Position numbers and translations under genes: made by a program
Part shown: positions 39,776 through 46,340 of the stretch, piece after piece
Position numbering within the stretch: the stretch's first letter is position 1
How the letters are laid out: every line of letters starts with the position of its first letter
NCBI GenBank assembly: GCA_001770325.1
Contig: MEQT01000096.1
Span: 1 to 46,340 of the forward strand
DNA: 46,340 bases
Source of the DNA: Betaproteobacteria bacterium RIFCSPLOWO2_02_64_14
GTDB lineage: Bacteria; Pseudomonadota; Gammaproteobacteria; Burkholderiales; SG8-41
Direction: 5' to 3'
The notes under the pieces: model-generated
Database searches by the model: none
What the model saw: the letters and a program-made list of their open reading frames with translations, nothing else
Told to the model about the DNA's origin: nothing

Positions 39776-40720
39776 TCAATCGACTTCCTCGTGCCGGGTC
39801 AGTTGGACAAACACATCTTCCAGGCTGGTGTGCACGGGTGAAATCTGGAACAGGCCCCAGTCGTTCTTCGCGGCTTGCGCCGCCAGCCGTTCGGTCGCGT
39901 CGTCATGCGGGTGAAAGTCCACCCGGAACAGCACGGGAGACACGGCGTGGACTTGCGCGATGCCGGGTATGGCAGCAAGCGTGTCCAGGGACGGGGCCCG
40001 CTGCAGACCCAGCAGAACGGCGCTGCCGCCGCGAGATCGCTTCAACGCGGCGATGGTGTCGCCGTAGACCAAGCTGCCGTGGTGCAGTATCTGCACGCGA
40101 TCGCACACCGCCTCGACCTCCGGCAGGATATGCGTGGAAAGAATCACGCTGTGCTTTCCCCCAAGCTCGCGGATCAGGCTGCGGATTTCGCGTATCTGGT
40201 GCGGATCCAGTCCCACGGTCGGCTCATCGAGGATTACCACATCCGGGCTGTGCACGATCGCCTGTGCGATGCCGACGCGCTGCTGAAATCCCCGCGACAG
40301 CGTGCCGAGCAGTTTTGCGCCGGAGTTCGCCAGGCCGCAGCGCCGTTTGGACGTCTCGACCGCCTCACGGCACCGGGCCCGCGGCACCCGGTGGAGTTTC
40401 GCAGCGAGCAGCAGGTATTCATCGACGGTAAATTCCCGGTAGAGCGGCGGATGCTCCGGGAGATAGCCGATCCTCGCCTTGGCGGCAACCGGGGCTTCGA
40501 GCAGGTCGATGCCACAGATGTTGATCGCGCCCCCGGTCGGCGCCAGGTTGCCGGTCAGCATCTGCATGGTCGTGGTTTTTCCGGCCCCGTTCGGGCCAAG
40601 GAAACCCAATACTTCCCCGCGTTTCAACTCGAGATCGATGCCCTTGACGGCGGTATGGGCGCCAAACTTGCGCGTCAAGCCGCGCGCCTCGATCGTGGCG
40701 GCGCCTGGCTCAGCTGACAT
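39776..40720 (-). CDS. GldA-like ABC ATP-binding protein
   Basis: GPNGAGKTT, LSRGFQQR, ILDEPTVGLDP, STHILPEV. Confidence 0.93.
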   Translation of the reverse strand: MSAEPGAATIEARGLTRKFGAHTAVKGIDLELKRGEVLGFLGPNGAGKTTTMQMLTGNLAPTGGAINICGIDLLEAPVAAKARIGYLPEHPPLYREFTVDEYLLLAAKLHRVPRARCREAVETSKRRCGLANSGAKLLGTLSRGFQQRVGIAQAIVHSPDVVILDEPTVGLDPHQIREIRSLIRELGGKHSVILSTHILPEVEAVCDRVQILHHGSLVYGDTIAALKRSRGGSAVLLGLQRAPSLDTLAAIPGIAQVHAVSPVLFRVDFHPHDDATERLAAQAAKNDWGLFQISPVHTSLEDVFVQLTRHEEVD

Positions 40721-40874
40721 CGGCAACTAACATGGGGAATGATCCAATCCGGCGCGGTGGCGTGCGGTGTGCGAAAATATACCCAATATGTGGGCGTTAA
40801 TGAAGCGGCGCGCAGGATTTATTCTCTGGAACAGCGCAGATTCGGTGGCGCGCCGCCCTGCTTGCGTGCAGACG

Positions 40875-42650
40875 ATGATACATACCATAGCTGTCCTCGT
40901 GCTCGCCGGCTTCATGCTGGGTGCGTGCGTGCAGCAGCCTCCCGCCCGGTCGATGGGTGACAGCATACTCGCGCAGAGCGAAGCCGCGCCGCAACGCGGT
41001 GAGGCGCCTCCGCCCGCGCGAAGTTCGGAGCGGTTGCCGGCGAGCGAACTCACCGAGCAGGTCATGTTCAAGATGATGCTGGCGGAGATCGCGTTGCAGC
41101 GCGGCCAGCCCCAGGTCGCAGTGCCGGCATATCTCGAACTCGCGCGCGAAACACGCGATCCGCGCATTGCGCAGCGTGCGACCGAAGTCGCATGGAATGC
41201 AAGGGTGATCCCTGCGGCGCTCGAGGCTGCGGGGATCTGGTTGCAGTCGGACCCCGGGTCGCAGCGGGCCCGGCAGGTGATCGCCGCGTTGCTGGTGAAT
41301 CAGGCAAAGTTGAGCGAAGCTTTACCGCATCTTCAGGGGTGGCTCGCGGCAGACCAGGCGAACGTGGGTCCCACTTTCCTGCAGATTGCCTCTCTCGTTT
41401 CCCGGCACAAGGACAAAAAGGCGGCATGGGAACTCATGCAGGCCCTGGCCGAGCCTTACCCGGAGGTGCCGGAGGCGCGCCTTGCGGTCGCGCAGGCGGC
41501 GTGGAACGCGGAGCAGGCGGACGCTGCGCTCGCCGAGGCGCGTGCAGCGTTGGAGCTGCGCCCTGACTGGGAAGTCGCGGCGTTGTTCCAGGCCCAGGCG
41601 TTGCAGCGGCGCTCGAACAGCGAGGCGCTCGCCTTCCTTGCGGAGTACCTCGAGCGTTATCCCAAGGCGAAGGACGTGCAGCTCAACTATGCGCGGCTTC
41701 TGGTCGCCGAGAAGAATTACGCGGAGGCGCGCAAGCAGTTCGAGGCGCTGGTCAATGAGTATCCGCAGAATGCCGATGTCGCAATGGCGGTGGCTCTCCT
41801 CGCGCTGCAGGCGACTGACTACGATGCCGCCGAGCTGCAGTTCAAACGCGCGCTGGATGCGAATTACAAGGATCCCGACGCCGTGCGCCTGTATCTGGGG
41901 CAGGTGAACGAGGAACGCAAGCGCTTCGAGGAGGCGCTGAAATGGTACGGCTCGGTCACCCATGGTGAGCAATACATCGCCGCGAAGGCCCGTTATGCCG
42001 GGGTGCTCGCCAAGCAGGGCCGGCTGGCGGATGCGCGAACGTATCTGCAGCAGGTCGGGCCGCAGAATGACCAGCAACGCGTGCAGCTGATACTCGCCGA
42101 GGGAAACCTGCTGCGCGAAGCGTCGGCGTACCAGGAAGCGTTTGACCTGCTCGGCCAGTCGCTCGAGGCAAGGCCCGAGCATCCCGACCTGCTATACGAC
42201 TACGCGATGATCGCCGAGAAGGTCAAGCGCATCGATGTGCTGGAGGACAACCTGCGCAAGCTGATCAAGCTGCGTCCGAATCACGCGCATGCCTACAACG
42301 CCCTGGGCTACACGCTCGCCGACCGCAACGAGCGCCTGGATGAAGCGCGCGACCTGATCGAAACCGGCTTGAAGCTCGCCCCGGAAGATCCCTTTATCAT
42401 GGACAGCATGGGCTGGGTGCTCTACCGCCTCGGACAGAACGAGGCGGCACTGGACTACCTGCGGCGCGCCCACGCGCAGCGCCCCGACGCGGAGATCGCC
42501 GCGCATCTGGGCGAAGTACTGTGGGCGGCGGGCCGGCGCGACGAGGCGCGCAAGGTCTGGAACGAGGCGCTGAAACAGCATCCGGCGAGCGAATTGTTGC
42601 AGGAAACGATCAGGCGTTTTCTCAAGGACCGCCAGCCCGTAGCCCGATGA
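40875..42650 (+). CDS. Tetratricopeptide-repeat lipoprotein (start uncertain)
   Basis: Lipobox LGAC after ATG 40875; TPR repeats, NALGYTLADR, DSMGWV, EIAAHLGEVLW; upstream of lolB. Confidence 0.92.
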   Translation: MIHTIAVLVLAGFMLGACVQQPPARSMGDSILAQSEAAPQRGEAPPPARSSERLPASELTEQVMFKMMLAEIALQRGQPQVAVPAYLELARETRDPRIAQRATEVAWNARVIPAALEAAGIWLQSDPGSQRARQVIAALLVNQAKLSEALPHLQGWLAADQANVGPTFLQIASLVSRHKDKKAAWELMQALAEPYPEVPEARLAVAQAAWNAEQADAALAEARAALELRPDWEVAALFQAQALQRRSNSEALAFLAEYLERYPKAKDVQLNYARLLVAEKNYAEARKQFEALVNEYPQNADVAMAVALLALQATDYDAAELQFKRALDANYKDPDAVRLYLGQVNEERKRFEEALKWYGSVTHGEQYIAAKARYAGVLAKQGRLADARTYLQQVGPQNDQQRVQLILAEGNLLREASAYQEAFDLLGQSLEARPEHPDLLYDYAMIAEKVKRIDVLEDNLRKLIKLRPNHAHAYNALGYTLADRNERLDEARDLIETGLKLAPEDPFIMDSMGWVLYRLGQNEAALDYLRRAHAQRPDAEIAAHLGEVLWAAGRRDEARKVWNEALKQHPASELLQETIRRFLKDRQPVAR

Positions 42651-43225
42651 TCGGGATCAGAGCAGTTGCGCTTGCGTGCGTCCTTCTGGCGGCAGCATGC
42701 ACTACGGTGCCATTCGAGTCCGGCGTTCCCGTTGCGCCGTCCACGCCGTTCGATTTCAGCGGGCGGGTGCTCGTGAGTTTCGACGGGCGCGCGTTTTCGT
42801 CCGCCTTGCGCTGGCAGCACGTATCGGGACGGGACGAGATCTGGCTGTTGAGTCCTGTCGGGCAGGCGCTGGCCCACATTGTCGACAGCGGCGATGGTGC
42901 GGTTCTCACTGCGGCGGATCAGCGGCAATATCGCGCGGCGAGCGTCGAGAGCCTCACCCGCCGGGCCCTGGGCTGGGAGTTGCCGGTGGCGAATCTCAAA
43001 TACTGGGTGCGCGGCGATATCGCACCCGGCAGCGCGCCGGGGGCCGTGGTGCGTGGTGATGACCAGCGTATTGCCCGGCTGGAACAGGGTGGTTGGCGCG
43101 TCGCGCTGACCTATTACGCCGCGCAGGAGTACGACGGGCTCCCGCGGAGGCTTGAGCTCGCGGGCGCTTCGCACGAGATCCGGCTCGTGATCGACACCTG
43201 GCGGAGCGTCGCGTCTCCACCATGA
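42647..43225 (+). CDS. lolB: Outer-membrane lipoprotein insertase LolB
   Basis: Lipobox AAAC, LLSPVGQ, LGWELPV..L.YW; TPR-lolB-ispE synteny. Confidence 0.92.
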   Translation: MIGIRAVALACVLLAAACTTVPFESGVPVAPSTPFDFSGRVLVSFDGRAFSSALRWQHVSGRDEIWLLSPVGQALAHIVDSGDGAVLTAADQRQYRAASVESLTRRALGWELPVANLKYWVRGDIAPGSAPGAVVRGDDQRIARLEQGGWRVALTYYAAQEYDGLPRRLELAGASHEIRLVIDTWRSVASPP

Positions 43226-44067
43226 ACGCCGAGGCTCGAAGTTTCCCTGCGCCGGGGAAGCTCAACCTCATGTTGCGCGTGGTGGGGCGGCGTGCGGACG
43301 GTTATCACCTGCTGCAGACGGTGTTCCGGTTCATCGACTGCGGCGATACGCTCACGTTTCGCGTGCGCCGCGACGGGGCGATCAACAGGGTCAATACCGT
43401 TGAAGGCGTACCCGTGGAGCAGGATCTGGCGCTGCGCGCGGCACGTCTGCTGCGGGATCGCGCCGGCGCGAAGGCCGGCGTCGATATCACGCTGGACAAG
43501 TGCCTGCCGCTGGGCGGAGGGCTGGGAGGGGGCAGTTCCGATGCCGCGACCACCTTACTGGCGCTGAACTGCCTGTGGGAACTTGATCTGGCGCGCGCGC
43601 GCCTGCTGGAATTGGCGCTTGAACTCGGCGCCGATGTGCCGGTTTTCGTCTTCGGCGAAAACGCCTGGGCTGAAGGGGTGGGGGAGGAGCTGCGGTCCGT
43701 CATCCTGCCGCCGGCGTGGTACGTGGTGCTTGCCCCGCCGGTGACCGTCTCCACGCAGCGCATTTTCGCCCATCCGGGATTGAAACGAGACACAAAAATG
43801 GTTAGAATACAAAGCTTTTCAGCGGCCGGGCCGAACGAAAACGACCTCCAGGCGGTGGTCTGCCAAGAGCATCCCGAGATCGGGCGGCATCTCGCCTGGC
43901 TCAACCAGTTCGGTCGAGCGATGTTGACGGGGTCGGGGGCGTGTGTATTTGCCGCGTTCGACAGCGCCGGCGAGGCGCAGGAGGTGCTGGCGAAGTTGCC
44001 CGGCTCCATGACGGGATTCGTAGCGCGCGGGCTGGAACGGCATCCCATGCGCGATCTCGCACGCTGA
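43222..44067 (+). CDS. ispE: 4-diphosphocytidyl-2-C-methyl-D-erythritol kinase
   Basis: KLNL, GYHLLQT, GLGGGSSDAA, GADVP, TGSG. Confidence 0.97.
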   Translation: MNAEARSFPAPGKLNLMLRVVGRRADGYHLLQTVFRFIDCGDTLTFRVRRDGAINRVNTVEGVPVEQDLALRAARLLRDRAGAKAGVDITLDKCLPLGGGLGGGSSDAATTLLALNCLWELDLARARLLELALELGADVPVFVFGENAWAEGVGEELRSVILPPAWYVVLAPPVTVSTQRIFAHPGLKRDTKMVRIQSFSAAGPNENDLQAVVCQEHPEIGRHLAWLNQFGRAMLTGSGACVFAAFDSAGEAQEVLAKLPGSMTGFVARGLERHPMRDLAR

Positions 44068-44131
44068 ATGCGGCAGGATTTAGACGGAACGAGCGACCCG
44101 CGGGGTGGGTCGTCGGCGTGTTGACGACCAT

Positions 44132-44208
44132 TGGGGAGTCGCCAAGCTGGTTAAGGCACCGGATTTTGATTCCGGCATGCGTAGGTTCGAATCCTACCTC
44201 CCCAGCCA
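44132..44208 (+). tRNA. tRNA-Gln (TTG)
   Basis: Acceptor stem TGGGGAG/CTCCCCA, anticodon arm CCGGA-TTTTGAT-TCCGG, T-loop GGTTCGAATCC, 3' CCA. Confidence 0.97.
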
Positions 44209-44265
44209 GATTTTGCATGGGCGGCTCGAGCGGGCGGCCTGCTTAGCTTCTCCGGGGGTGCGAGG

Positions 44266-45216
44266 GTGGCCTTAGACAGATTGATGGTGTTCACCGGTAA
44301 CGCCATTCCCGCGCTTGCCCGGGACGTGGTGAGCCACCTCAACATCCATCTCGGGCGCGCGAAGATCGGGCGCTTCAGCGACGGCGAAGTGATGGTCGAG
44401 ATACTGGAAAACGTGCGCGGCAAGGACGTTTTCGTGTTGCAGTCGCTGTGTGCGCCGACGAACGACAACCTGATGGAGTTGCTGGTCATCGTGGATGCGC
44501 TGAAGCGCGCATCCGCCGCCCGTGTCACGGCCGCGATCCCGTACATGGGTTACGCGCGGCAGGATCGGCGCCCCAGTTCGGCGCGGGTGCCCATCACCGC
44601 CAAGGTGGTGGCGAACATGATGTCGAGCGTGGGCGTCGACCGGGTGCTCACGATGGACCTGCACTCGGAGCAGATCCAGGGTTTTTTCGACATCCCGGTG
44701 GACAACATCTATTCCGGGCCGATCATGCTGGGCGATGTATGGAAACACGACTACAAGAATCTGGTCGTGGTGTCGCCGGACGTCGGCGGCGTGGTGCGGG
44801 CGCGGGCGCTCGCGAAACGGCTGGAGGCGGAACTCGCGATCATCGACAAACGGCGGCCGCGGCCCAACGTCGCGACCGTGATGCACATTATCGGGGACGT
44901 CGAGGATCGCACCTGCGTCATCGTCGACGACATGGTCGACACTGCCAACACGCTGTGCGAAGCCGCGGCGGCGCTGAAGGAGCATGGGGCCGAGAAGGTG
45001 CTGGCGTATTGCACGCACGCGGTGCTGTCCGGCAAGGCGATCGAGCGTATCGGCAACTCGGCGCTCGATGAGGTGGTGGTGACGGATTCGATACCGCTGC
45101 AGGACCAAGCCAGGGCCTGCAAGCGCATCCGGGTGCTCACGGTCGCGAGTCTGCTCGCGGAAACCATGCGCCGCATCAGCGCGGAAGACTCGGTAAGTTC
45201 GCTGTTTGTAGAGTAA
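44266..45216 (+). CDS. prs: Ribose-phosphate pyrophosphokinase
   Basis: [38 protein letters not shown]. Confidence 0.98.
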   Translation: MALDRLMVFTGNAIPALARDVVSHLNIHLGRAKIGRFSDGEVMVEILENVRGKDVFVLQSLCAPTNDNLMELLVIVDALKRASAARVTAAIPYMGYARQDRRPSSARVPITAKVVANMMSSVGVDRVLTMDLHSEQIQGFFDIPVDNIYSGPIMLGDVWKHDYKNLVVVSPDVGGVVRARALAKRLEAELAIIDKRRPRPNVATVMHIIGDVEDRTCVIVDDMVDTANTLCEAAAALKEHGAEKVLAYCTHAVLSGKAIERIGNSALDEVVVTDSIPLQDQARACKRIRVLTVASLLAETMRRISAEDSVSSLFVE

Positions 45217-45320
45217 AAAAACAGCGTTCTGCGTCGGATTTGCGGGGATGGACGAGCGGCATCGGGTGCCAGAATGCTCCGTAACGATTATTCAGAGCTG
45301 AACGCTGTTTTTTTTGGAGA
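45215..45320 (+). promoter_or_regulatory. Structured prs-rplY intergenic leader
   Basis: Perfect 15-bp inverted repeat AAAAAAACAGCGTTC (45215-45229) / GAACGCTGTTTTTTT (45300-45314), enclosing an inner hairpin and ending next to the GGAG RBS. Confidence 0.6.
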
Positions 45321-45325
45321 CTGAA

Positions 45326-46057
45326 ATGAACATCGAAATCATGGCATTCCCGCGCGCGCAACAGGGAACGGGTGCGAGCCGCCGCCTGCGCCAGACGGGA
45401 CGCGTCCCGGGGGTCGTGTACGGGGCGGACAAGGCGGCGCAGGCGGTGGAACTCGACCACCAGGCGCTGCTGCGGCACCTCAAGATGGAGGCGTTTCATG
45501 CCTCGATACTCGACATGACCGTGGACGGCGGCAAGGAGCAGGTGCTGCTGCGGGACTTCCAGATGCACCCCTGGAAACCACAGGTGCTTCACGTCGATTT
45601 TCAGCGGGTGGACAAGAACCGGAAGATCCACATGCGGGTGCCGCTGCACTTCGTGAACGCCGACATCTGCCCGGGTGTCAAGGTCGGCGGCGGGGTGGTG
45701 CAGCACGTGATGAACGACATCGAGATCCAGTGCCTGCCCGACGACCTGCCGGAATTCATCGAGGTCGACGTCAAGGAGCTGCAACTCGGCCATTCGATCC
45801 ACGTGACGGAACTCGCGCTGCCCAAGGGCGTCGAAGCGACGCCGAAACTCAAGCACGACAATCCCTCGGTGGTGACGGTGCAGGTGCCGAAGGAGATCGT
45901 GATCGAAGAGGAAGTGGCCGCGCCGGTGACCGAGATCACGGGCCAAGCCCCTGCGGAAGCCGAGGCGGCTGCGGAGGCGGCTCCGGGCGAGAAGAAGGAG
46001 CCCGAGAAGAAGGAGCCCGAGAAGAAGGAGCCCGAGAAGAAGGAAGCGGCCAAGTAG
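45326..46057 (+). CDS. rplY: 50S ribosomal protein L25/Ctc (long form)
   Basis: GTGASRRLR...VPGVVYG, HVDFQR, LPEFIEVD. Confidence 0.97.
   Translation: MNIEIMAFPRAQQGTGASRRLRQTGRVPGVVYGADKAAQAVELDHQALLRHLKMEAFHASILDMTVDGGKEQVLLRDFQMHPWKPQVLHVDFQRVDKNRKIHMRVPLHFVNADICPGVKVGGGVVQHVMNDIEIQCLPDDLPEFIEVDVKELQLGHSIHVTELALPKGVEATPKLKHDNPSVVTVQVPKEIVIEEEVAAPVTEITGQAPAEAEAAAEAAPGEKKEPEKKEPEKKEPEKKEAAK
45989..46048 (+). repeat. 15-bp coding tandem repeat (EKKEP x3 + EKKEA)
   Basis: GAGAAGAAGGAGCCC x3 perfect, plus one variant. Confidence 0.95.
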
Positions 46058-46088
46058 GAGCAGGCCGACTCCGGCTCCCGGTGGGTGC

Positions 46089-46134
46089 GGCCCGCCGTGT
46101 TCGGCCTCACGAACGTGGCGGGCCTTTCATATTT
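46089..46134 (+). terminator. Probable terminator after rplY
   Basis: 15-bp stem GGCCCGCCGTGTTCG/CGAACGTGGCGGGCC followed by TTTCATATTT. Confidence 0.65.
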
Positions 46135-46178
46135 CGCGGCGTGACTGCCGCACCAATTGCGCATGATGTGAGGACACG

Positions 46179-46340
46179 ATGATGCAACTCCAGGAAAGAT
46201 TCAGAACGCCCCGGCTCCTCTTGACGCGGATCGTGCCGGAGGACCTGGGCGACATGCTCGCCATGCACCGCGAAGCGCAGGTGGCGCGAGCGCTCGGGGG
46301 CGAGCAGGCCGACGGCGAGATCGCGGCGCTCGTCGAGAAG
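46179..46340 (+). CDS. RimJ/RimL-type GNAT acetyltransferase (5' part; runs off window end)
   Basis: GAGGA RBS; MMQLQERFRTPRLLLTRIVPEDLGDMLAMHREAQVARALGG resembles the T.RL.LR...D N-terminus of this family. Confidence 0.7.
   Translation, partial: MMQLQERFRTPRLLLTRIVPEDLGDMLAMHREAQVARALGGEQADGEIAALVEK

Noticed and set aside
39765-39785. TCAATC duplication at the gldA/gldF junction as a member of the heptamer family
   Set aside because: Only two copies, 8-bp spacing, and it overlaps the RBS; likely chance.
44132-44265. tRNA-Gln as an integration site
   Set aside because: ispE-tRNA-prs synteny is intact, with no duplicated tRNA 3' end or integrase.

Overview
GC-rich bacterial chromosomal segment, most likely from a betaproteobacterium. 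This is inferred from the gene order (gpmI/ArsR-rhodanese-grxC-secB-SH3-gpsA, cox cluster-rpoH-ftsXEY, TPR-lolB-ispE-tRNA-Gln-prs-rplY) and a CIRCE site upstream of rpoH. Most of the window is housekeeping: envC, gpmI, gpsA, trmL, comF, bioBFHCD, rpoH, ftsXEY, an M16 peptidase pair, rsmD, coaD, ferredoxin, mutM, a Gld-like ABC system, lolB, ispE, prs and rplY. The centre is a remodelled respiratory locus with two complete A1-type heme-copper oxidases. The first is a coxMNOPQ-like oxidase with a di-heme c subunit II, its own cytochrome c5, PCuAC and SCO, and a HiPIP pseudogene not shown in the ORF track. The second is the standard cox operon, where the heme A synthase gene is reduced to a ~100-bp C-terminal remnant. 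The main unexplained non-coding signal is a dispersed family of 7-bp tandem repeats at six gene junctions, sometimes in inverted pairs and sometimes translated into N-termini. Other items: an FtsE with altered catalytic motifs, a sigmaE-like promoter overlapping the CIRCE, a structured rplY leader, and a 30-codon ORF coupled at both ends. No transposase, integrase or CRISPR array was seen. All calls are by eye; no database searches were run.
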